The position numbers were made by a program, and so were the translations under genes. The notes beneath the pieces were generated by a model. It saw nothing but the letters and a program-made list of their open reading frames with translations. It was not told the origin of the DNA and did no database searches. Positions 1 through 10,401 of a stretch of 64,000 nt of DNA are shown here, one piece after another. This stretch comes from Dimorphilus gyrociliatus (Eukaryota > Animalia > Annelida), in the NCBI GenBank assembly GCA_904063045.1, contig CAJFCJ010000043.1, forward strand, positions 65,581-129,580. The letters run 5' to 3'. Every line of letters begins with the position of its first letter. Positions within the stretch are counted from its first letter, which is position 1.

Positions 1-1104
1 CTCTAAATATGGCAGAATATCTATGATAGGATTGAGTTAAAAAGAAAATATGATGATCCTGCAAATCATTTACTTTCTTTAGATTTTTTTTTTCATACGA
101 ATAATTCAATAAAATATCTTGAATATTCTTTAATCTCTCTCTATGCTTTCTTAAAGGGATCTCTTCCTCATTTATCATTTCTACACCATCTTGTAGTTTG
201 TAGACAAATTTGTATAATTCAAAACCATTTCTCTTCTGTCTAAGGATCTTCTGTTGGAATTCATAAAGGGCATTGTGGAAGATTGGGCGAGTGTAGATGA
301 TGCTAATTATCATTGAGAGAAGAAGAAAAGCTGCAAAAGGGATTGGTATGGCGTACTTGAGTTCAATTTTAACAACATCAAATACATAGAGCAAAGTTAA
401 TGAACCAGATAAGACAAAAATTTCTTAGCGATTTTCTCAAAAGTTTTTCTTTTTCTCTTTTTGATAATGGATTTAATCTCCGAAGTTTCTTTTGTCCAAT
501 TACTGAAACATGCATTTGCTGATTTTTTATGATATCCTCTTTCTTGTCAATTCTTTTTAGTTCTTTATATTTGTGTGAAACATTTTCTATTTCAATCAAT
601 CCATTTTGATTAATTTCTATATTTGGTATTTTCTTACATCTATTAAAAATGTCTAGTGGTATTGTTTGTGTTAATCTAGCCATATTTTCTCTCTTTCAAA
701 CTCACTAGCTCTCTCTCTCTTTTCTATGAGTGTAAGCATTTATTTTCATTTTCAAACATAGGCTAACTGTTAAAATTTCATTGTTACTTTTTGGATATGT
801 GCCAAAAGGTTTAAATTCCCACCTATAAAGATGTCATGTGGTTTACCACCCTGCACACTTCAATTAGTTATAACCATCACTTTAGAAAATTTCATAAAAG
901 GCCTACAATTTCGATTGGAAAGTTTCAAAACTATTTTTAGATTGTTAGTATAAAGGCTGTACCTAACCAAATAGGGGTGAAACAGTACCCAGGTAAAACC
1001 GTACCCATTTTGGGTACCTACCTAACCTTTTCTATTATCTCCAACCCTTAAATGAGACCCTCCTCTTCCTCCTCCTTAGCTCTTTTCAATCCAAAACCTA
1101 GCAT

Positions 1105-1345
1105 TGAAAATTCTCATCACCAAAGTACTTACACAAATAGAACCTTAAAAATTTGTTGACAAAAAGTCCTAATAAATTTAATTTTGGTAGAAATGGATCA
1201 AGTATTTCGTCCAAAGAATATGTATTGAGTAAAATGAGCTTCTAGTTCTAAACAAGGTAGTTTAAACAACTAGGTGACAGTTAGAAAACTGAACTATCAA
1301 CTGTTAATTTCATAGGGTTTATATACTCTTTAAAGGGTTCATAGT
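1105..1345 (+). repeat. Dispersed repeat family A, reference copy (probably the interior of a non-autonomous element)
   Basis: Core 'gaatatgtattgagtaaaatgagcttctagttctaaacaag...gacagttagaaaactgaactatcaactgttaattt' recurs at 22510-22680 in the same orientation and as the reverse complement at 50480-50740, 51935-52170 and 57750-58000. The adjoining part recurs at 12905-13045, 22415-22505, 36325-36420 and 43410-43448. Confidence 0.85.
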
Positions 1346-1832
1346 TGACAAATTTCATATTCTAATTGTATTTAAGACTGTTTTTTATATTCTACTTTAA
1401 CAGTAATAATGAATTACTCTGTTTAATAAATATAGGATGAGTGTATGGAGAGGTAATATATATATATAAGTAATGGATATTAATAGTATTGTGTATTTTT
1501 TATTATTGTTTATCAGACAAATGGGCAAAATTTGAAAAGCATTTTAAAAGCACTCTTATTCCACTATTTTGAATAGTAGGATGTTGTGCAAGAATAGAGA
1601 AAATATACAGCTATTTAAGATTTTCAACAATGCTCCAGAGCTCCATCTTTGTCACACTGAATAAATATTATTTATAAAAATTCTGCCCTAATTCTAGCCC
1701 TATATGTTAGCTCTTGTATTTTCATTTTGAAAATCTGAGTGTCCGCCAGTCAGGGATGCTAGTTTCAGGGTACGATCGTCCCATTCTTCACGAGATGAAG
1801 AACAGTAGACTGGATATATAAATTTCAGAGTT

Positions 1833-2036
1833 TATTCTGAGTTTTAAATTGTGAAATTTTCTAGGTAAATAAGCCATAGCCTATCCTAAAAAATACATGC
1901 ATTAGTTTGTCCTCACACATTCCAGATAGAATGCCTGTTCCATTTTTTTTGACAAAAACTAACTTGCCATAACCTAAAAAGAGTTAATTCTGGAAATCTA
2001 TGACTTGTTAACATGCCAAGTTGTTTCGTTATAACC
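1833..2036. repeat. About 205-bp duplicated block, copy 1 (copy 2 at 10197-10400)
   Basis: Near-identical to 10197-10400, from 'ttattctga.ttttaaattgtgaaatttt' to 'gttataacc'. Copy 1 has one extra T in a T-run and a TGG>TAG change in the minus-strand frame that is open in copy 2. Confidence 0.9.
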
Positions 2037-2870
2037 TTCAAGTACATACATACATACTGCTGCCATCTGGTGAACAAATAATTTTAACCTTTTAGCATTC
2101 TGAAAATGAATAGAAATGTTTATATTATATATTTTATTATGAAATATGGAGTTGGAATTATTTAAAATTGTTCTGCTGGCAATAAAACTGTTAATATCAT
2201 ATCTAAAAACATACATTTAATTTGCATGATATTTATAAGAGAGAAGATATAAACTGTCATTAGCAGTATTTATAAAGACATATATTCACTCTAACCACAA
2301 TCTTCTTCATCATCAAGAAAGCAATCCTTAACTCCATTACAAATTTGTTGTATAGAAATACAATAATTGTCTCTATAGCAAAGATATTGTCCATAGGGAC
2401 AAGATGATCTGTTGCAAGGTGAAGTAATAGAAAATAAATTTGTGACACTCTGTCCAAGAGAGTTTTTAGTAAAAAAGCATAAATTATTGTGGTAAAACGT
2501 TTTGTTAAATTCTTCACTATCATCATTGCAGTCACTCTTTCCATCATACTTTAAGGAAAGAGGCTGACATTTCCTTCTTAAAGAGGAGTCACAGTAAAAC
2601 TGAAGATTTGGGTTGCAGCCTAAAAAAAGTAAAATATTTATTTAAATGATGCAATGACTTGGAAGAAATGGTGACTTTTGGTGTAATTTTGCATAATGCT
2701 TCTTTTATGAAAACAGATTTCACCACTTTCATCAAAACAATTCTTTTCATTGTTGCAAACTTGATTGAAATGAATGCATTGACTGTTATGGCAACTTCTA
2801 AAAATTTTTAACTTTTTAGAAATTTCAATTCACTGAATGTTTTATAAAGAATTAATAAGCTATATTTCTT
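2000..2870 (-). pseudogene. Fragment of an LDLa-LRR GPCR gene: LDL-receptor class A exons and an LRR-like remnant
   Basis: Minus-strand translations SCHNSQCIHFNQVCNNEKNCFDESGEIC and CPYGQYLCYRDNYCISIQQICNGVKDCFLDDEEDC are LDLa repeats. No 7TM exons follow. Confidence 0.75.
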
Positions 2871-2925
2871 ACTGTAAATTTGCTGGACACTTTCTTTGTA
2901 CTATAAATTAAAAAATAGATAAATA
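2295..2925. repeat. About 630-bp near-identical duplication, copy 1 (copy 2 at 23286-23915)
   Basis: Direct sequence match that includes an intron. Differences are a few substitutions and one extra CAT triplet in copy 2. ORF-track entries 2260..2547 and 23188..23541 are almost identical. Confidence 0.95.
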
Positions 2926-3920
2926 TAAAAATTTAGAATTATAGATATAGATAAATGTGTGCTTAGAAATACTTTAAGAATTTTCCTAGTCTTACTTAAA
3001 GAAAAATAATAAGCATTGTAATTTGTATTTGTTATTATTCTCTTAGTGAAAGATTTTTTTAAAAAAAAAAGTTAAATATCAGGTTTTTTGTTTTATAAAA
3101 GCATAAATATACTGGTGAGTTAGGGTTTTTGAAAATTAAAAAGTTTCTCCTCAAATGTTACGTAATGTCACATTAATTGTATTGTGCTTCAAACTATTTT
3201 AGGCTAAGTGAAATTTTGGATTTTGAAGTACTTAAGACAAACTTTCATTAAAGATAAGGATTATGTCTATTTAATTTTTACACCTTTTTACTTAAGACAA
3301 ATATAAACCAGGATACCATCTACTAATCAAAGAGTATACAACTCATCATGGCATTCCAATTATTATGTTACAAGAAAACTGCTACTATATATCTGTTTGT
3401 ATGGTAGTTTGGCTAATCTGGCTATAAATTGAACTTAAGCACCTTGAAGTTTCTTGAATGGAATAACAGCCTAACTTTAACTTTAATTAGAAAGATTAAA
3501 CAAGGAATAACCCTTCATAAGATTGAAGTATTAAAATTTTGATTTTTGAAGTCTGGCATCTATATTTTATCACTGATAAAAGTGTGATAGCTGTATCAAA
3601 AGTCAATGAGATGTACATAAAATATTGTAACATTAAAGTACACAACATACTAGTAAAGAAAAGTGAAATTAAGAAAAAAAAGTTTTATTACAATTTTTTG
3701 TTGACATTTTATAATTGTTTCACCTACTTAAACCCCATTATAAATGATAATGTGTATATTACACTGAATAAATTATATCAGCAAATTAGTGAAATTTTTT
3801 TCATGATGATTATTAATATTTTCACAAAATCTCTAAAATTGTTATTGTATGAATTTGGCAACTAAAGCTGAAATTTTTTGAATAAAGCTCTTTGTTTCAC
3901 ATAGTTATAATTAATATATA

Positions 3921-5394
3921 CAGTACAGGCGGTAAGTCACTGTTACACCTCAAAAAAAATAATATTTTCTTGATTTTTTCTCTTTCTGCGCCTAAAGAAT
4001 GAAAATGAAGGATATTATTTATATTTAATAATATTCTTCTTATCATTATAGAAAGAAAATATATGTTTTTAATTTAAAATCTCAGAAATATGATCACTTT
4101 AATGTGATAGGCCTATTTATGGAAAAGCACAAGCATCAGTTATGTTCAAAAAATTTACCCTGATCATTGAGTAGTGTCACTTTTAACCAGATTTTAAGGT
4201 CATTTATGTGTTTGCGCATGTGTAATCTAACAGTTGACAAATTTAAAATAAAAATGGTGAAAGCTATCTGAAGCAACAAGAATTTCTATCTCAAATTGTC
4301 TTCAAAGACCAGAAATGTCCATTCGAAAAGTGGCAAAGCTTTTTAAATGTAGTCCAACTACTGTACAAAATATAAAAAATAAATTTAAAGAGCTAAAAAT
4401 GATAAAAGATAAGCAAAGAAGTGGTAGACCAAAAAAAGTGACACTAAAGATGGAAAGGCAAATTACCAGGGCATCTAAATCAAACCCCAAGTGGATGGCC
4501 CATCAGGTATTATATAATTCTGGTATACCAATATCTCTTTCTCTAACAACAGTGAAGCAGGTACTATGAAAAAATAACTTAAATGGGAGAATTGCAGCCA
4601 AAAAACCTGCTTTATCTAAGAGGCAGATAATAAGTAGGAAAGAGTTCTGTAGAGAGAGAGAAAACTGGGGGATTGAAAATTGGAAAAAAGTAATTTTTTC
4701 TGATGAATCACAGGTTGAACTGCATCCTAGGAGAAGGGAGTTTGTTAGGAGGCCACCAGGTAAATGGAATGACCCCAAATATACCACAAAAACAGTAAAA
4801 TTTGGGGGAGGGAATATAATGGTGTTTGGCTACATTAAGTTCAATGGAGATAGGGGCCTAGCTTTAGTGTCTAATCACATGACAGCTTCGGATTATGTCA
4901 AAATTTTGAGCAGTCATGTTGTCCCAAATTATAGGAGAGGGAAATTTTCCAGCAGGATGGGGCTAGCTGTCATACAGCAGCCAGAACAAAAGCATAATTG
5001 GAAATTCAACTCTTATATGAGACAATGGAAAGAAGGCTTAGGGCAGTTGTAGAAGCTAACGGTATGCACACAAAATATTAAGGCATTAAAAAATATAATA
5101 TCCTATAAATAACAGTCAAAAATAAGAACAAAAAAATACTTTTAATATTCTTTTAGAGTAATTTTTGTGATTGTAACAAGTACTTATGCTCCCATAGAAA
5201 ATAGGCCTACCACATTAAAATATCAATAATTCAAAGATTTGAAATGAAAAACGTATATTTTCTCTCTATAATGATAAAAAGAATATTACTAAATATAATA
5301 ATATCCTTCATTTTCATTCTTTAAGTACGGAAAGAGAAAAAATCAAGAAAATATTATTTTTTTGAGGTGTAACAGTGACTTACCGCCGGTACTG
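3921..5394 (+). mobile_element. Tc1-family DNA transposon, both ends intact, defective transposase
   Basis: Ends are cagtacaggcggtaagtcactgttacacctc and gaggtgtaacagtgacttaccgccggtactg, with imperfect TIRs over 200 bp and flanking TA on both sides. The internal frame reads SIRKVAKLFKCSPTTV (HTH), RSGRPKK, VIFSDES, KFGGGNIMVFG, FQQDGASCHTA and RRLRAVVEANGMHTKY. Confidence 0.97.
4254..5081 (+). pseudogene. Tc1 transposase pseudogene
   Basis: Frameshift near the start, in-frame TGA at 4567-4569 and a frameshift near 4940. The segment normally carrying SPDLNPIE (third catalytic residue) is missing between TKA*LE and IQLLYETM. Confidence 0.9.
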
Positions 5395-6748
5395 TATATA
5401 TCATTGAAAAGCTTTTTGAAACAGTTTACTTCAACTGTGAGCAAATTATTCATGAGTGAATAGCTAAATAAATTTAAAATATTTGTCAATATGCTTTTAG
5501 AAATTAAATTGATTTTTACAGTTCCTCTAATGCTTTTTTCTTTGGAAGATGTGGCATTTCTGAGAAAACATACTGCCTTTTTTGCTCTATTGTCTGTTAC
5601 AGAATGTTTTTGATACATGAAAAAGTAAAATGGCAATATATAAATATATATATAGATGTTTATATTTAAAAATTATAAATTACAGTTGTTTGGATAGACA
5701 AACAAATAATGCTGTTTGAGTAGAGTTGATGATTTGAATTTTGTTTATCACAATAGAAAAAAGAAAATTATTAATTTATGCAAAAATTGACTAAATTGGT
5801 TAATTAACTAAAGTGTCAAATGATAAATATTCAAGAATAATTTTCACAAATTATCTAATACTTTTACAAAATGATTTTCATTTTTACTATTTTGCAACTT
5901 CATTATTCTTATTTTAAAAAATATAGAAAAATCAATAAAAACACCTCATTGATGAAAAGATATATTTTTCTTATCTAGTTTGTATTAAATACTGCTTTAA
6001 TAATTCTCAAGTAAAGGTAGATAATTTGTCTTCATTCTAATTTCTCATAAAAACATCTTGCTTAGGTCAAAGTTGAAAAAAAATTTAATTTTTATAAAGA
6101 AAAACGGCATTCAATGTTAGGCTATCGGTACTGTATATATGTATATATTGATATCAAACAGATGAATGAATATAAAGAGGTAATTTTGTAGTTATTCCAC
6201 TATTTGAAATATAAGTTTCTCTATATTTACTATTCTGTCTTCTCAAAATCACTATTTATATAAAAGAAACATGACTAAAATAATCATTTTTTTCAAAATA
6301 TTTTTCAGTAACCATGTCCTTTAATTCCTTTGGTTTGTAACTCAATATATTGTTTATAAGGATATAAAATAAAGTATATATGTGTTAAATAGGAAAGAAT
6401 AAATTTTTTGTTTAATGTAGGATAGTCTGATAAAGTTAGATTTTTTCTTTCACAGAATTTTTCAGCATTAATGACATTTTGTTCTTCTCTTAAATGATAA
6501 ATAGAATAACAAACATCATATATAATGGCAATATTTTCACCAACACATTCAGTATATTGCTAAGGTATATTTATCTATTATGTGCATATTTTAAAAATAA
6601 GAAATTACCAATTACAGCTCTATTTGAGCACTCTATAATGTATAAAAGATGTAAAACAAGATGGCCGAGTTTACTAATAAAACTATCATCTCTGTCATTT
6701 TTTTGTATTATCTATTGTTGGCTTTAAATTGCTCTAGATAACATATAT

Positions 6749-7078
6749 TTAATAATACCTTTTACCAAGTTTACAATGTGAAAGTAATGTAGCATTTCCT
6801 TCACATTTGAATGTCTTATGAAAAGTTGCATTTTCAATTTCATATTCAATAAGTTGTAAATCCACGTTCAATTTATGTTTTTCTTCATTCATTATTGTTC
6901 CATATTTAAAACCAAATGATTTGCATATTAATTGAGTTTCATAGGAAAGTAGATAACGTATACTATGCCAATTGGAATTTAATATTTGAAATTTTCCCCC
7001 AAACTTACCATATGTATGATTTTGACCATAATATAAGATTTTCTCTGGGCTATTATATAATCTATAGGCTATAGACAT
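6749..7078 (-). pseudogene. Orphan exon with a degenerate SRCR-like domain, of the type at the N-terminus of the LDLa-GPCR genes
   Basis: GKFQILNSNW...QLICKSFGFKYG...FKCEGNATLLSHC follows the SRCR pattern (CxxLGF...C.G.E..L..C). No downstream exons recognised. Confidence 0.55.
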
Positions 7079-7628
7079 AATGATAGTATTATCATTTGAT
7101 TAATCACTTTTTATAGAGGTCAATAAGTTTTACATGCTAATCCCACAGATAACTTTTCACAAATTGGCTGTGGATTGAAAATTTCTCTTTCAGAATTTTT
7201 TGTAAATAAATGACATTTGAAATTCTTTCCATAAAAAGTACAATTTCCAAAATGTGGGTTACTATTCTGAAAAGAAAAAAGCAATATATACAAAAAACAA
7301 TAAATTATTATTTCTTAAATCCCTTCAAAAAAAATTTCTCTCACAAAACAATATGTAAATCCTATTCTACTATATTTATTGTTATAAAAACACATGTAAA
7401 AGAATGTTAAATTCCTCTAAAATACTACTATTGTATATATTTATATAATTGTTGATTACAGGTAAAGAGTTTTGCAGATATTTCCTTGAGAAGCAATTAT
7501 ATAAGCTATAAGGTGGTGAGCTAGTTTTGTAATTTTTCAGACAAGTTTAAGAAACTTTCCATTCAACTACGTATGGACTATTGTTCACTTGCATATTTTG
7601 AAATAGTTTTTATTGTTAGAGACGGGGC

Positions 7629-7825
7629 CGACAGAAAACGTCCCCAAGTGAGTTTTTTGAAAGCAAGATTTCGGATTGAAAAATGGTTAGCAGGAGTAAA
7701 GTAGCTTTTGATTTGTAGTTAGGAGGGTTCCATCTAAGGGTTAGGGGTAATCAAAAAGGTTAGAGAGAGACAAGGGCTAGGTTAGGGTTAGGGTTAAACC
7801 ATGAATTTGGGGACATTTTCTGTCG
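7629..7825. mobile_element. MITE (197 bp) with 19-bp TIRs and an internal TTAGGG-like tract
   Basis: cgacagaaaacgtccccaa ... ttggggacattttctgtcg (1 mismatch), with internal 'ggttagggttagggtt'. Related copy at 60807-61006; decayed relatives near 960-1100, 7970-8160, 8600-8720, 44480-44640 and 48400-48560. Confidence 0.85.
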
Positions 7826-8199
7826 TATCCATTTAATTTTGCACAGTGCAACTGTACACATACCATTTTACAATTCTATAGATAATTATAAATATTTACA
7901 ATCTAATTTAAATGGTACCCAACTGCCAAGGGAGCGGGAAAACTTGTCCCCTTTTTGTAACTGCAGCCATGTGTGAAATAGTTCAAAGCTAGATTTCAGG
8001 ATAAGAACATGTCTAAGAGAAATAAAAAACCTTTTGATATATTCTAGGGTGGGTCACATCTAAGGATTAAGGACGTTCAAAAAGAATATGTAAAAAATTA
8101 GGACTAGGATAGGGTTAGGGTAAAATTATAGATTTATGAAAATTTTCCACAACATCTAAATTCTTCCCTAAACTAAAATTTTTCTAGCCATATTTTTTC

Positions 8200-8335
8200 T
8201 AATTTATGAAAGAAGGATTAGTCCTTTAGAAGTATGCAGCAGAAGGGAAAGACTTTTTTGAAAAAAGGCAAAATCTAGGTACATCTCTGTGAAAATAGGC
8301 CTCCTGTAGAAAATGAACCATATTTCTGAATTAAC
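8200..8335 (+). mobile_element. mariner-like transposase remnant
   Basis: Reverse-complement match to 47515-47640. Reads QQKGKTF...VHLCEN, resembling the NFL..I.T.DE.WVH.YEP region of mariner transposases. Confidence 0.45.
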
Positions 8336-9227
8336 ATAGGCATTCTTAACAATATCCACAAATTTATTATATTGTACTTTTTATGATTGTTATCAAGCTT
8401 TTACTTTAACATTAACTCTGACACTATTCTAACTGTCTTATTACCCTTTGAATCTATTTGTATAAATATTTCTTTTAACCTTGAGCCTTTATCAAAAAAT
8501 CATAATAAAAAAATGTTTTTGCCTGCATTAAATTCTGGAGTTTTTAGATTTTGAAGTTTCTCAGGCTAAATTTTATTTTTATCAATGCCATTTTTCGGGG
8601 TTGACAGAAAACATCCACAAATGAGAAATTTCAAGACAAAAATTGGGATTGAGAAATGGTTAGGAAGAAGAGAGCAACTGATTTGTACTTAGGTGGGTCT
8701 CCTCTAAGGGTTAAGCATTTTCTTGCATAGGTTTTAAGAGGTACAGGTATAAGTTACATGCCCACTGCTTGGAGAAAATGTCCAAGGGAGAAAATGTTCA
8801 TTGTAGAAATTTAATATACAGGAAATTTCTTTTTATATGGAGTTATTAGAATCATTGAAAAGGAAAAAACTGAATAAAGAGAATTGGAAATATTTGACTA
8901 TGATTTTATTGAGTAAGTCTAACTAGAATATGTTAGAAAACAGCCAGGATTGAAAACTATGCACATACATATATTCTACTAATTAAAAGTCTTTCAAAAG
9001 CTCCAGAATTATAATTTCTGTGAAGTAACACTTTTTCTAAACTTTCACCATTATAATTGCTATGAAATAAAAAAATCGAATTCTATTATATCTTAGGTCT
9101 AAATATCACTATATTATTATTTCTAAGTGAACACACATACACTCCATCAATTTGTAATCATTTGCACTTTAATAACACTACTGCTAATTTTTTGTTAAAT
9201 TTGTTATTTTCTCAATTGTTGGTAGTT

Positions 9228-10100
9228 TTAAATTGTCTTCTCCATCTTCAAACTGGTCTGTTTAACAAAGAAATAGTGTTTATTAAGTGGAGGGATGGGG
9301 AAGAGGAGAGAGTGAGGAAAATCAAATAATAATCACTTACCTCATTACCAAATGTTAGAGACTTTAAGTCGTAAATTGTATGTGTTATGACATATCCTTC
9401 ATTTTTGTACAGTTTGATAGCTATTGGATTTTCTTCATAAACAAACAAGGATATTTTCTAAGAAATGAAAATTGTTATTGTATTTTTCTTTTTAAAAAAA
9501 ATTGACTTGTACCTTAGACTTTCTCTGTTTAGCCATGCATTCAGCATGACGAAGTAGATTTTTCCCTATTCCTTGCTTTTTATAATTGTCATGAATGGTA
9601 AGTGATTCCACCACTTGTTCATCCTCAAGGATCAGGTCACATACTTTATCAAATGATGAAAAAGTCATGATAATCCAAAAAGCTGTTCTTATTGGTATTG
9701 TTTTGAGTATCTCAAAAAGCGAGAGTTTTTTTCCCAAGCTTGAAGAGAAAAGGATGATAAATGAAGAAAAATTAAATTTGAATTATCAAAAATTTATGTC
9801 TTACCTGTTCGAATCCTGTACTTTACAAATTCCAGCAATTTGTTTGTTATTTTTATCAACAGTAACAATTATGTTTTTTGTACTATTTTCATCATATCTG
9901 ATAGATTTTGTATAAAACTGCTCAAGACTGGGAAAGTCTTTCTTATTGCAAACGTACAACAATTCATTTGAAAAACCATGAACCAGGATTTTTGCAACTT
10001 GATCTTCTTCACCCTTTTCCATACACCTAATATGAATATTTTTCATTTGGGGAAACTTGATACCATCCTCCTGATTATTTTTGGCCTTACTATTCACCAT
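9228..10100 (-). CDS. GNAT-family N-acetyltransferase, 4 exons (about 10100-9805, 9738-9513, 9457-9341, 9257-9228)
   Basis: Three GT-AG introns (66, 55 and 83 bp) join into one frame. Motif A VESLTIHDNYKKQGIGKNLL, motif B LFVYEENPIAIKLYKNEGY, C-terminus SLKMEKTI*. The start codon is uncertain (10145, 10100 or 10046). Confidence 0.88.
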
Positions 10101-10196
10101 TTCGTTTCTTTGAATAGTGTAAAATGCTCTAACAATAACATTCATTGTACACTGAACTTGAGAGATACTTCATAAACCAACTGTTTATATGAGAAT

Positions 10197-10400
10197 TTAT
10201 TCTGACTTTTAAATTGTGAAATTTTCCAGGTAAATAAGACATAGCCTATCCTAAAAAATACATGCATTAGTTTGTCTGCACACATTCCAGATAGAATGCC
10301 TCTCCCATTTTTTTGACAAAAACTAACTTGCCATAACCTAAAAAGAGTTAATTCTGGAAATCTATGACTTGGTGACATGCCAAGTTTTTTAGTTATAACC
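10197..10400. repeat. About 205-bp duplicated block, copy 2
   Basis: Matches 1833-2036. Homology stops exactly at 10400, where the Cys-rich ORF begins. Confidence 0.9.
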
Positions 10401-10401
10401 A

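Noticed and set aside
150-683. Possible non-LTR retrotransposon C-terminal zinc-finger remnant (TNPFCSF...HL...C) behind ORF 378..683
   Set aside because: Needs several stops and frameshifts to read, and no RT motif is visible. A profile search would be required.
705-725. (CT)n microsatellites here and at about 42440-42462
   Set aside because: Short and ordinary; no sign of function.
1180-1340. Repeat family A translation ELSTVNFIGFIYSLKG looks like an RT thumb, or in another frame like a GPCR TM3
   Set aside because: Stops are shared by all copies in every frame, so coding origin cannot be supported.
7770-7800. TTAGGG runs (also 17770, 18975, 44600, 62420) as telomere or interstitial telomeric sequence
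   Set aside because: Only 2-3 units each, and embedded in MITE copies.
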